Source: a virus
Virus record (IMG/VR): IMGVR_UViG_3300032240_002475
Span: 32,001-96,000 of that record
Reading direction: 5' to 3' (one strand)
DNA: 64,000 nt
Shown: one piece after another, positions 9,311 through 19,253 of the stretch
How the letters are laid out: every line of letters starts with the position of its first letter
Position numbering within the stretch: the stretch's first letter is position 1
Translations under genes and position numbers: made by a program
Notes under the pieces: model-generated
The model's input: the letters and a program-made list of their open reading frames with translations, nothing else
Database searches by the model: none
What the model was told of the DNA's origin: nothing

Positions 9311-9697
9311 ATGTTTGGAAACAGAAGAAATTACAATGACGTGTTCAGATTATTTGATGAAATGTTTGAACAATTTAATTTAAACAATGGTGGGTGGAAG
9401 ACTCAAACCAGAATGTCCGAAGACGGAACAACAAAAGTAACAACTCATTATTGGAGTAACGATACAACAAATCCAAAATCAAATGGAGGTGTTGAAAGTT
9501 TGAAATCTCAACTTGAATATGCAATTGAAAACGAAGATTTTGAGTTGGCGGTTAAACTTAGAGACCAAATTAAAAGTTTGGAATCAAACCAAGAAGAAAT
9601 CGATAAACTTGAATTGGAATTGAAAAAATCAATCAAGGAACAAAACTTTGAAAAGTCTATTGAGATTAGAGACCAATTGAAAAAATTGAAACAGTAA
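9311..9697 (+). CDS. tandem UVR (UvrB/UvrC motif) protein, possible ClpC adaptor
   Basis: LEYAIENEDFELAVKLRDQI and LKKSIKEQNFEKSIEIRDQL. Confidence 0.8.
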   Translation: MFGNRRNYNDVFRLFDEMFEQFNLNNGGWKTQTRMSEDGTTKVTTHYWSNDTTNPKSNGGVESLKSQLEYAIENEDFELAVKLRDQIKSLESNQEEIDKLELELKKSIKEQNFEKSIEIRDQLKKLKQ

Positions 9698-9699
9698 TT

Positions 9700-9727
9700 A
9701 AAGACCCTCACTTCGGTGGGGGTTTTT
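9700..9727 (+). terminator. intrinsic terminator
   Basis: ACCCTCAC-TTCG-GTGGGGGT followed by a T-run. Confidence 0.75.
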
Positions 9728-9753
9728 AATTAAAAATTAATCTATTTATACAT

Positions 9754-10089
9754 ATGAAACCATATGAAAAATTTTTAAATGAAAGTCTTGGTCTTAAGGA
9801 GCTTATAGAAATATACCTACAATTAAGACAACATTTCCAAGAATTGGAGTTTAGCGTAAATGATTTAGAAAGTCCTCCAACGTATACTGCAAAAATGATG
9901 TCCCTCCACCAACGTTTTCAATCCACTCAAAAAGCTTTATTTAAACAAGTTAATGACTATGGTTTTAATGTTAGTATGGAAGAATTTGTAGAATATATGA
10001 AACCAATACTATCTAAAATTGATGAATTAACACCTTTAAAAAATGGCAATAACGAAAGAAGAAATCAAGGGGACGAAGATTTTGAATGA
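9754..10089 (+). CDS. hypothetical protein, possible internal head protein
   Basis: N-terminus MKPYEKFLNES resembles the T4 capsid-targeting sequence; TATTTAT at 9743-9749. Confidence 0.6.
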   Translation: MKPYEKFLNESLGLKELIEIYLQLRQHFQELEFSVNDLESPPTYTAKMMSLHQRFQSTQKALFKQVNDYGFNVSMEEFVEYMKPILSKIDELTPLKNGNNERRNQGDEDFE

Positions 10090-10285
10090 GATTAAATCTT
10101 CAAACATTAAAAAAACTGAATACGATACTGAAACAAGTAAGTTAATCGTTGAATTTAATAACGGGTTTAAATATGAATATGAGGGAGTACCTCATCAGGC
10201 GTACACTGCCTTCAGAAAAGCCGAATCACAAGGCAAGTATTTTACCACAGACATATCAAAGAAGTACAAGTATAAGAAACTGTAG
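10043..10285 (+). CDS. KTSC domain protein
   Basis: SSNIKKTEYD..LIVEFNNG..YEYEGVP..AESQGKYF. Confidence 0.85.
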   Translation: MAITKEEIKGTKILNEIKSSNIKKTEYDTETSKLIVEFNNGFKYEYEGVPHQAYTAFRKAESQGKYFTTDISKKYKYKKL

Positions 10286-10297
10286 TATTTATTAAGG

Positions 10298-11032
10298 ATG
10301 AATAGTTTTCAAAAAATTCTTAATAGTTTTTCAGTTAAAAAAACTTTAAACCCAAAGGTTTGGGAAAATCCTGAAGAGCCAAATAATGCTGTTATGATTC
10401 CTAAAGTTAGGAAAGCTCTTGAACACATTGCAGATAAATTTATTGAGTACTTGGGAGAAGATGTTTTTGTTGAGGATATTGTATTAACGGGTTCTTTGGC
10501 TAATTTCAATTGGTCTGAATTTTCGGACTTTGACCTCCATGTTATAATTGATTTACAACAATACGAAGACGACGCCGAATTATATAAAGAATTATATAAT
10601 CTAAAAAAACAAGTTTTCAATGATAAGCATGATATTAAAATATACGGATACGATGTTGAGTTATATGCTCAAGACGTTGAAGAGTCTCACTATGCATCAG
10701 GAGTATATTCGGTCATGAATAATGAGTGGGTAACAAAACCAAAAAAATTCAAAGCGGATGTGGATAAAGAAGTTCTTGAAAACAAAATTAAATGTTGGAC
10801 AGAAAAAATTGATAAAGCTATTGAATCTGATGAGGAAAAATCATTAGACACTATCAAAGAAAAATTAAAAGATTATAGAAAGTCAGGACTTGAAAAAGAT
10901 GGAGAATTATCTTACGAAAATTTAGTTTTTAAATTTTTAAGGAGGTCTGGTCATATTCAAAAATTATTTGATACGGCAAATAAAGTAATGGATAAAGAAC
11001 TTTCTATTGAGAGAAAATTAGACGATGAGTGA
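10298..11032 (+). CDS. nucleotidyltransferase (Pol beta superfamily)
   Basis: LTGSLANFNWSEFSDFDLHV (GS..DxD) and VELYAQD. Confidence 0.8.
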   Translation: MNSFQKILNSFSVKKTLNPKVWENPEEPNNAVMIPKVRKALEHIADKFIEYLGEDVFVEDIVLTGSLANFNWSEFSDFDLHVIIDLQQYEDDAELYKELYNLKKQVFNDKHDIKIYGYDVELYAQDVEESHYASGVYSVMNNEWVTKPKKFKADVDKEVLENKIKCWTEKIDKAIESDEEKSLDTIKEKLKDYRKSGLEKDGELSYENLVFKFLRRSGHIQKLFDTANKVMDKELSIERKLDDE

Positions 11033-11089
11033 TAATTCCTTAATAAATGTGAATAATCGTATATTTATAAAGAAAAATTAGAGACCATA

Positions 11090-11869
11090 ATGGCAACAAT
11101 TATACTTAAACTTAATGCGTCTAACGCATCATCAAGTACTTGGTTTGATGAATCAGGTAATGGTTACAATATCACATTGACTGATGTGACGCAAAATCAA
11201 TACCCAATACCAGCATTATTATTTAATGGTACATCAAGTGAAGGGCAATCGTCAACTGTTTTTACTAATTTCAAAACAGGTGGTGTTACAGGTATTACTC
11301 TTGAAACTTATTTTAAGTTCAATAGTGTTACAGGAGTACAAGGAATTTTTTCATATAATGGAGGAGGAAATTATTTAAATCTACAATTACGTGATGGTGA
11401 TGTAAGATGGGAAACTGCCGCAGGGCAATCAATGTTTTCAAATACTCCAGCAAATGATACAGGATGGGTTTATCTTGTTGCAACTAATGATGGTACAACA
11501 TCTAAAATATATTTAAATGGAGTGTTGGATGCAACAAGTGCTAAGACATGTATAACTTCGGCAAACACAATTTTTGAAGTTGCCAATTACGAAGGATATT
11601 TCAACGGTCAACTTAATACATTAAAATTATATAGAGGAGCTTTAACGGCTGCGGAAATTGCTGCAAATTATGCAGAACTACCCAATCAACCATTAGGTGT
11701 AAAGCCTCAGTATGAATATACTGCGGCTATGGAGGGCTCTATGAGTGGTGGAACATTACCAGCAGGAACAGTAGTTCCTCATCCTGTTTGGACAAGTAAT
11801 GATGGTTCTAGAGAACTAATACAATTAAACGCAGTTACAATCGGAGGATTTAACGGATTAAATAATTAA
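11090..11869 (+). CDS. LamG/concanavalin-like lectin-fold virion protein
   Basis: WFDESGNG, FNGTSS, WVYLVAT.DG..KIYLNG, LYRGALTAAEI. Confidence 0.8.
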   Translation: MATIILKLNASNASSSTWFDESGNGYNITLTDVTQNQYPIPALLFNGTSSEGQSSTVFTNFKTGGVTGITLETYFKFNSVTGVQGIFSYNGGGNYLNLQLRDGDVRWETAAGQSMFSNTPANDTGWVYLVATNDGTTSKIYLNGVLDATSAKTCITSANTIFEVANYEGYFNGQLNTLKLYRGALTAAEIAANYAELPNQPLGVKPQYEYTAAMEGSMSGGTLPAGTVVPHPVWTSNDGSRELIQLNAVTIGGFNGLNN

Positions 11870-11888
11870 AATATAAATTAAAGAATAT

Positions 11889-13133
11889 ATGGCAGATTTA
11901 AAACCAATTGGTAGTGAAAAACTTCAAGGCCAAGATAAAATAAAAAGAATTATGGAAATTGCTCGTTTCAAAGAAACGGCTCCATCAAATATAAATGAAA
12001 CTGCTAAAAGTGAGTATAATAGAACTTTAGCTGATGGTAACACCTATGAAATTGTAAAAGAAAGACAAGGTTATATCATTAAAAAAACTATTTCAGAGTC
12101 TGAAACAGACTATATTGAGCCGATAAAAAATAGAAAATATTATTCATCATATTCTCAGGCTTTAAAAAGATTAAACCTTGTTGCGGGTGAGTTAAATAGA
12201 CTCAACGAAAACGAAGAAGGTACTGCAATGTTTGGTGAACAAAAAAAGTTTACGTTAAAAACTCCAAAACCAGCACCAGCACCTGCTCCAGCACCTGCCG
12301 CTGAAGCTCCAATGGCTCCACCACCAGTACCATCACCTGAACTACCTCCATCACCAGTTGATGCAGGTGCGGATATGGGAATGGATATGGGTGCAGAAGG
12401 TGATGTTAATGTTGATATGAACGCAGATGAAATGGGGCCTGAAGGTGACACTGATGTAAATGTTGACGTTGATGCGCCAGAAGGAGAAGAAGAAAAAGTA
12501 ACTTTCAAAACAATTCAAAAACTTACAGGTAAATTAACTCAGAAAATCAGAACTTTAGATAATGAAGAAGGAATGACTTCTGAAAATATCAAATATGTTA
12601 TTAACATGGTTTTATCATCTTTGGATTTGAAAAATTTATCTGAAGAAGATAAAGATGATATTATGAGTAAATTTGATGAAGCTGAAGAAAGAGAAGAAGG
12701 TGGGGATGATATGGGAGGAGAAGATTTAGGTAATGATAGTGAAGTTGGAGATATTCAATCTGATGATATGAATGTACCAGTTGAAAGTGAAATGGATGAA
12801 GAAGATTATGGAAATGGGGCAATTTTAGACCATATTTTTGGAGAATCTAAAGTTGACAAAGTTATTTCAAAATATTTTGAAGTTTCAAAAAAAGAAATTT
12901 TAGAAAGTAGAGAAAAAACCGCTAAGAAAAAAATTAAACAAATTTCTGAAGCTAGAAAACAAATGGGTGAAGTTATTAAATTGACTGAAACAATTGAACA
13001 AGAAATAGCTTCTAAGAAATTTTTACAAAAAAATACTTCAGCTAAAATTGTTGGTCTTACCAATAAGAAAAACTTAGTTTTTGAAAATAAAGGAAAACAA
13101 GTAAGAATATCACCTGAAGGACAAATTTTGTAA
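11889..13133 (+). CDS. acidic, Pro-rich prohead core-like protein
   Basis: PA-rich linker, acidic tracts, many [LIM]xE motifs, head module position. Confidence 0.55.
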   Translation: MADLKPIGSEKLQGQDKIKRIMEIARFKETAPSNINETAKSEYNRTLADGNTYEIVKERQGYIIKKTISESETDYIEPIKNRKYYSSYSQALKRLNLVAGELNRLNENEEGTAMFGEQKKFTLKTPKPAPAPAPAPAAEAPMAPPPVPSPELPPSPVDAGADMGMDMGAEGDVNVDMNADEMGPEGDTDVNVDVDAPEGEEEKVTFKTIQKLTGKLTQKIRTLDNEEGMTSENIKYVINMVLSSLDLKNLSEEDKDDIMSKFDEAEEREEGGDDMGGEDLGNDSEVGDIQSDDMNVPVESEMDEEDYGNGAILDHIFGESKVDKVISKYFEVSKKEILESREKTAKKKIKQISEARKQMGEVIKLTETIEQEIASKKFLQKNTSAKIVGLTNKKNLVFENKGKQVRISPEGQIL

Positions 13134-13136
13134 TTT

Positions 13137-13529
13137 ATGAGTAATTTGATATACGTGAATGGTTTAGGACCCAACTACAAGGGAGACAATCTTTACGAAT
13201 TCATATTCTCAGACAGTTTGGATGTGTGGGGGGAATCTTGGGAGAGTAAACCATCTAATGGGTACCCAGGACCACCTGAATTAAAATATATTAAAAAAGT
13301 AGGAGTTCTGAGAAATACTGATATAAAATTGGAATTGATTCAGAACTCCGATTTTTTTTGTATGATAGATGCAATTGACAATGTTGTTGCATTGGCTTGG
13401 GAAACTGATGATGAAGACGGAAAAAGATTAGTCTTTAGATTCGGAATGACTGAACAAGAAATAAAAGACAAACTCTATGAAAGAGATTTGATTTTGGAAT
13501 TCGAAAAGAAAGTAGTTTATGAAAATTAA
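13137..13529 (+). CDS. hypothetical protein
   Basis: 130 aa ORF in a tight operon. Confidence 0.7.
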   Translation: MSNLIYVNGLGPNYKGDNLYEFIFSDSLDVWGESWESKPSNGYPGPPELKYIKKVGVLRNTDIKLELIQNSDFFCMIDAIDNVVALAWETDDEDGKRLVFRFGMTEQEIKDKLYERDLILEFEKKVVYEN

Positions 13530-14280
13530 TAAAAAAGCGTTGGAACTTATTGAAAAGGGATTATCATCTAAAACTGTTAGTAAATTAGATGAGTCACAAA
13601 TTAATGTTTTACATAAAAAATTATTTGTTGAACAAAATTCTCCAGGAACAACAATGGTTCCGAGAACTGATACTACAAAAATTAATCAATTAAAAAGTCA
13701 AAAACAAACTTTCCAAGTTTATGAAAGAGAGATTGAAGAAGATGTTGAAGTTTCTGATGACCCAAATAAAGAAGTAGAAACCCAAAATCCAGAACAAGTT
13801 GGACCATCATCAAATGATGGTTTTGGTAATGAAGATGATGGTATGGGTATGTTTGAGGAAAAAGATAAAAATAAACCCAATCCATGGGCAATTTGTCATT
13901 CTCAAGTAGGACCCAAAAAGTCAAGAAAATGGGAAAGATGTGTAAAACAAATAAAAAAACAATTGGGGGAAGGAAAAAATCCCGTATCTTTGTTCATAGA
14001 AAATCAAATTATGAATATAGTAGAAAAAAATTTACCTCCAAGAATTACTAAAGGTGATTTAGTAAAATATTTGGCAGAAGCTGGACCAGCAACAGCACCC
14101 TCAAAACCAGCAACGAGACCAACAACAAAACCAGGAGCACCTGATAAAAAACCAAGACCGTCACATCCTGGTAAAAACCCAAACCCTGGTGAAAAAGAAT
14201 CTCCAAAAGCTAAGAAAATATCGGCGGAACAAGCAAAGGATGAAGTTATAGATGTTATTATGCAACTTTTACAAAAATAA
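13519..14280 (+). CDS. hypothetical head-associated protein
   Basis: overlapping operon ORF; NPWAICH...WERCVK mini-domain; Pro/Lys-rich tail. Confidence 0.65.
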   Translation: MKINKKALELIEKGLSSKTVSKLDESQINVLHKKLFVEQNSPGTTMVPRTDTTKINQLKSQKQTFQVYEREIEEDVEVSDDPNKEVETQNPEQVGPSSNDGFGNEDDGMGMFEEKDKNKPNPWAICHSQVGPKKSRKWERCVKQIKKQLGEGKNPVSLFIENQIMNIVEKNLPPRITKGDLVKYLAEAGPATAPSKPATRPTTKPGAPDKKPRPSHPGKNPNPGEKESPKAKKISAEQAKDEVIDVIMQLLQK

Positions 14281-14284
14281 GAAA

Positions 14285-15589
14285 ATGGCAAAAAAATTAA
14301 AAGAACAATTAGATTACGGAAATAGACCCGAAAGAATGGACCCAAGTTTGGAAAAAAAATTGGCTAGTCCTGACAGTTTATATGCACAAAATCCTGCAAT
14401 GAGAAAGGGTCCTGCTGACGTACAAAGATTGGTTAGCCAAAGATTTGGTAAAGTTGCGGACAAGTTAAAAGAAGTTGTAGGTAATAGAAATATCAACTCT
14501 CAACAAGTTCAGGGAATGATTTACAATGAAATGATGGGTAAGCTAAGGAATATCATGTCAATTGAGGCTGCTCATAAAGATGAACTTGAACAATTGGCTG
14601 TTAATGCTTCTTTAGAAGAACAAGAAGTACCTGAAGGATGGTACCAAATTGAACCACATTTAGGTCAACAACCTGATGTTTCAGATTTTAGATATGCACC
14701 TGAAGAACCAAAAGATGAAAAAGAAGAAAAAGAAAAATTAGAAATTCCATCATTTGATGTTGAAGATTTAACTGATGAAGAAGAATTAGAATTAGAAAAA
14801 CATAAGAGAAACATAATAAACGCCATTATTCAAGGGGCGGCAAAAAAAGGACATTATCTTTTTCAAAAACCTGACATTAAAGCTCAATTAGATGCTATTG
14901 ACCCTTCCCTTTATAGAGATTATTTGGGAATTATGGCAATCAACGATTTCATGTATTTTACTATGGAACAAATGATTGAAATGATGAGTCAAACAGGTCA
15001 AGGTGTTGCAGGTAAAGTATCATTAGAAGATGCCGACGATGAAGAAGAAGGTGAAGAGGGAGGTGAAGAACAACCTGACACAAAGATTGTTGCTGTAGGT
15101 ATGATTTTCCCAATCTTATGTCATGAAATTATTAAAGGTTTAGAAGAGGCTAAAGGTAGACATGGTCATTCTAAAAATCCTGATATTCGTGAAAAAGTTA
15201 GAGGTGCCGTAGATGTATTATCTAACGAACCAATGCAATTAAGAATAGGACCCGAAATTGTAGAAAAGTTTAGACACGCAATGCCTGATGAAATGTTTGA
15301 TGAATCAAACAAGGGTCTAATAAACTGGTTTCAAATTTTGTTATACCAAATACCAGCACAAGAATTTTTAGAAATTATTGGAAATGCTATTTCTGAAGAT
15401 GTATCTAAAGTTAAAAAAGCAACTAATAGATTCAGAGAAATTATGAGAGAGGCCCAAGAAATGAAAAGTGAGTTTGAAGACTACAAAGAAGACAAAGGGA
15501 TTGAATCTAATGATGACGATGATGATTTTGGTGATGATGACGATTTAGATGATTTCTTCAGTAGTTTAGGTATATCGAGACCTAAATAA
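14285..15589 (+). CDS. hypothetical protein upstream of terminase
   Basis: long ORF; start moved to MAKKLKEQ; acidic C-terminus. Confidence 0.7.
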   Translation: MAKKLKEQLDYGNRPERMDPSLEKKLASPDSLYAQNPAMRKGPADVQRLVSQRFGKVADKLKEVVGNRNINSQQVQGMIYNEMMGKLRNIMSIEAAHKDELEQLAVNASLEEQEVPEGWYQIEPHLGQQPDVSDFRYAPEEPKDEKEEKEKLEIPSFDVEDLTDEEELELEKHKRNIINAIIQGAAKKGHYLFQKPDIKAQLDAIDPSLYRDYLGIMAINDFMYFTMEQMIEMMSQTGQGVAGKVSLEDADDEEEGEEGGEEQPDTKIVAVGMIFPILCHEIIKGLEEAKGRHGHSKNPDIREKVRGAVDVLSNEPMQLRIGPEIVEKFRHAMPDEMFDESNKGLINWFQILLYQIPAQEFLEIIGNAISEDVSKVKKATNRFREIMREAQEMKSEFEDYKEDKGIESNDDDDDFGDDDDLDDFFSSLGISRPK

Positions 15590-15597
15590 TCACACAA

Positions 15598-17352
15598 GTG
15601 ACCAAAGAACAATTAATTATAGAAGTTACGAAGTGTATGAGGAATACTCCTTACGCACTTCGTACTTATTTACAAACATACGACAACACGGTTTCAAAGT
15701 ATGTTCCTTTAGATTTATTTCCTGACCAAGTTAGTCTTATTGAAGACTATGATGCTTACAATGAAAACATTGCCTTGAAATATCGTCAAGCGGGTGTATC
15801 AACAGTTACTGCTGCTTGGGCGTCAAAAAAATTGGTATTTGCCAAAAAACAAAAACCTGAAAAGATTCTAATCATTGCAAACAAGTTGGATACATCTGTT
15901 GAAATGGCTAATAAGATTAGAAGTTTTACAGAACAATGGCCTTCATGGGTCGGTGTTGGATTTGCAAAAGAAAAAAATTCACAAAGACACTTCAAACTTA
16001 CAAACGACTGTGAAGTAAAGGCAGTTGCAACATCAAAGGATGCTTTGAGAGGTTATACCCCAACCATTCTTATTTTTGATGAGGCGGCGTTCATTGAGGC
16101 TGACGGAGATTTTTGGTCAGCGTGTATGGCCTCACTATCTACGGGTGGTAAGGTTATTGTTGTATCCACACCAAACGGATACGACCCAATCTATTACGAA
16201 ATTTATGACCAGTCATTAAGAAACATGAACGATTTCAAAATATCGGAAATGTTTTGGTACCGTGACCCAAGATATACAAAAGATTTGTATATGGTTAAAA
16301 CAAATGACTTGGTACATTTTTTATTGAATAGAGAAGAATATGCATCAGACGCTGTCGTTGATTTATCAATAGAAAATCCATACGATAGAGACCACACAGT
16401 TACAACGGATTATATTGCTCAAGGATATAAGCCATGCTCTGCTTGGTTTGAGGGGATGGTTAAAAAGTTGAAGTTTGACAGACGTAAGGTGGCTCAAGAG
16501 TTGGAATGTAACTTCTTAGGTTCGGGTGACAACGTGTTCGAATCAGAGTTAATGCAAGGTATTGCAAAAAATACTTTACGTGAACCCCAAGCAAAACTTA
16601 TGGGAGGGTCATTGTGGATATTTAAAGAACCCGTAAACGGACACAAATACGTTATGGGTGTCGATGTATCCCGTGGAGATTCGGAAGACTTCTCGTGTAT
16701 TCAAATCATTGATTTTGACGAAAGAGAACAAGTGTTAGAATACGTTGGTAAAGTTCCACCTGATGTAATTGCTGAAATTGCTTACAAGTGGGGTAATATG
16801 TATAACGCGTATTGTGTTATTGATATTACTGGAGGTATGGGAGTTTCAACCGCAAGAAAAATGCAAGAACTTTCATATGGAGGGGGATTATATGTTGATA
16901 ATATTGATACTACAAACAAATGGAAATATGACCCAAAAATGAACGAAAGAATCCCTGGAATTAATTTCAATAATAAAAGGGTTCAAATTATTGCATCGTT
17001 TGAAGAATCAGTAAGACATGGTTTCAAAGTATATTCACATAGATTGTATAATGAAATGAATACGTTTATTTATGTGAACGGAAGACCTGACCATCAGAAA
17101 GGACACCATGATGACTGTATTATGGGAATGTCTATGGCAATATATGTTGCAGAAAAATCATTCGCATCTTTAAGTAAAGTTGTTAATCATACAAAGGCGA
17201 TGTTAAATTCTTGGTCTACAGTAATGAATGAGAATAAAAACAGTTCAGATTTCTTTAATCCATTAGTTCCTCAGATGGGTAGACAGAACCCAATAAATCA
17301 AGGAGCAACTAAAGCCGATTACCAAAAATATGGGTGGTTATTTGGTGCGTAA
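15598..17352 (+). CDS. terL: terminase large subunit (T4 gp17-like)
   Basis: LFPDQ, KYRQAGVST, LIFDEAAF, VSTPNG, QELECNF, GVDVSRG, HDDCIM; GTG start. Confidence 0.95.
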   Translation: MTKEQLIIEVTKCMRNTPYALRTYLQTYDNTVSKYVPLDLFPDQVSLIEDYDAYNENIALKYRQAGVSTVTAAWASKKLVFAKKQKPEKILIIANKLDTSVEMANKIRSFTEQWPSWVGVGFAKEKNSQRHFKLTNDCEVKAVATSKDALRGYTPTILIFDEAAFIEADGDFWSACMASLSTGGKVIVVSTPNGYDPIYYEIYDQSLRNMNDFKISEMFWYRDPRYTKDLYMVKTNDLVHFLLNREEYASDAVVDLSIENPYDRDHTVTTDYIAQGYKPCSAWFEGMVKKLKFDRRKVAQELECNFLGSGDNVFESELMQGIAKNTLREPQAKLMGGSLWIFKEPVNGHKYVMGVDVSRGDSEDFSCIQIIDFDEREQVLEYVGKVPPDVIAEIAYKWGNMYNAYCVIDITGGMGVSTARKMQELSYGGGLYVDNIDTTNKWKYDPKMNERIPGINFNNKRVQIIASFEESVRHGFKVYSHRLYNEMNTFIYVNGRPDHQKGHHDDCIMGMSMAIYVAEKSFASLSKVVNHTKAMLNSWSTVMNENKNSSDFFNPLVPQMGRQNPINQGATKADYQKYGWLFGA

Positions 17353-17392
17353 TAACTATTTATATTATTGAGGTAATAAGTAAACTTATAAT

Positions 17393-19240
17393 ATGGCAGA
17401 ACAAAACATGACGGTCTGGCAAAGGCTGTCAAAAACATTTGGACCGAATTCGTTATTAAACCAAGATTATCCTACATTCACGTTCGATAAAAAGGAATTA
17501 TTACGCACAACAAGTAGACAAGAATATGAAGTTGAAAAACTTCAAGCACAACAAACTTTTTACTTAACAAATCAATGGGCAAAAGTTGAGAATAATCTTT
17601 ATTCTCAAGCAATTTATTATGAACCAACAAGATTGTCTGCTCAGTATGACTATGAATCAATGGAGTATACTCCTGAGATTTCAGCCGCACTTGACATCTA
17701 TGCTGAAGAATCTACAACGACAAACGAAGATGGATTTATTCTTCAAATTTATTCTGAATCAAAAAGAATTAAAGGAGTATTAGCCGACTTATTTAATAAT
17801 AATTTAGATATTAATACCAACTTACCAATGTGGACAAGGAACACTTGTAAGTATGGTGACAACTTCGTTTATTTAAAATTAGACCCTGAAAAAGGGGTTG
17901 TTGGTGTACAACAATTACCGACAATTGAAATTGAAAGACATGAGGTTGGGGTAACTGCAAAAATTTCTGTTGATATTACAAAAGAATTAGACAAAGACAA
18001 AAAAGCCCTTCACTTTACTTGGAAGAACAAAAACATGGAATTTCAATCATGGGAGATTGCTCACTTCAGATTATTAGGTGATGATAGAAAACTTCCTTAT
18101 GGTACTTCTATGTTGGAAAAGGCAAGAAGAATTTGGAAACAACTTTTATTATCAGAAGATGCAATGTTGATTTATCGTACATCAAGAGCACCTGAAAGAA
18201 GAATGTTTAAAGTATTTGTTGGAAACATGAATGATGACGATGTTGAAGCGTATGTACAACGTGTTGCTAATAAATTTAAAAGAGAACAAATTGTTGATAA
18301 TAAGACAGGTAATGTAGACATGAGATTTAATCAAATGGCGGTAGACCAAGATTATTTCATCCCTGTTAGAGACCCTGCGGCACCTGACCCAATTACAACA
18401 TTACCAGGTGCAACAAACTTATCTGAGATTGCCGATATTGAATACATTCAAAAGAAATTATTAACAGCTCTTCGTGTACCTAAAGCATTTTTAGGGTTTG
18501 AAGAAGTTGTTGGGGACGGAAAAAATTTAGCCTTACAGGATATTAGATTTGCTCGTACAATCAACAGAATCCAAAAAAGTATGATTCAAGAACTAAATAA
18601 GATTGCAATTGTGCATTTATTCTTATTAGGATTTGAAGATGAATTATCCAACTTTACATTAGGATTAACAAATCCTTCAACTCAGGCTGATTTATTGAAG
18701 GTTGATATATGGAAAGAAAAAGTATTATTATATAAAGATTTAGTGTCTGACCCAGGAAACGGAATTCAAGCAACTTCATCAACATGGGCTAAAAAACATA
18801 TTTTTGGTTGGTCAGATGAAGAAGTTCGTTTGGATTTACAACAACAAAGAATTGAAAGAGCGGTAGGGGAAGAACTTAAAGCAACTCCAACAGTTATTAC
18901 AAAAACAGGATTATTTGATAATATTGATAAATTATATGGAAGTGCAACAGGAGGTACTGCAACAGCAGCGTCAGCAACTGCTGGTGGTGAAATAACTGCT
19001 CCACCACCAGGAGGAAGTTTTGAAACTTCTCCTCCACCTGAAGCCGCAGCTCCACCTGAAGCCGCAGCTCCACCTCCACCAGCAGGAGAACCACCATTAG
19101 CTCCTGAGTCTATAAAAAAAGACATGAACATTTTAGTTGAAAACAATTTGATTGAGGGGTCTCGAATGATTGATTTAGGTCAAGGTCAAGATTCTTTAGG
19201 AGAAATTTCAAAAGAATTGGATAAGTTATTAAATTCATAG
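17393..19240 (+). CDS. portal protein (T4 gp20-like)
   Basis: EDAMLIYRTSRAPERRMF, DYFIPVR, ITTLPGATNL..IADIEY, ALRVPK. Confidence 0.95.
   Translation: MAEQNMTVWQRLSKTFGPNSLLNQDYPTFTFDKKELLRTTSRQEYEVEKLQAQQTFYLTNQWAKVENNLYSQAIYYEPTRLSAQYDYESMEYTPEISAALDIYAEESTTTNEDGFILQIYSESKRIKGVLADLFNNNLDINTNLPMWTRNTCKYGDNFVYLKLDPEKGVVGVQQLPTIEIERHEVGVTAKISVDITKELDKDKKALHFTWKNKNMEFQSWEIAHFRLLGDDRKLPYGTSMLEKARRIWKQLLLSEDAMLIYRTSRAPERRMFKVFVGNMNDDDVEAYVQRVANKFKREQIVDNKTGNVDMRFNQMAVDQDYFIPVRDPAAPDPITTLPGATNLSEIADIEYIQKKLLTALRVPKAFLGFEEVVGDGKNLALQDIRFARTINRIQKSMIQELNKIAIVHLFLLGFEDELSNFTLGLTNPSTQADLLKVDIWKEKVLLYKDLVSDPGNGIQATSSTWAKKHIFGWSDEEVRLDLQQQRIERAVGEELKATPTVITKTGLFDNIDKLYGSATGGTATAASATAGGEITAPPPGGSFETSPPPEAAAPPEAAAPPPPAGEPPLAPESIKKDMNILVENNLIEGSRMIDLGQGQDSLGEISKELDKLLNS
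19032..19075 (+). repeat. 18-nt tandem repeat (~2.4 copies) encoding PPEAAA in the portal tail
   Basis: CTCCACCTGAAGCCGCAG twice plus a partial copy. Confidence 0.85.
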
Positions 19241-19253
19241 TATTTATTTGAAA

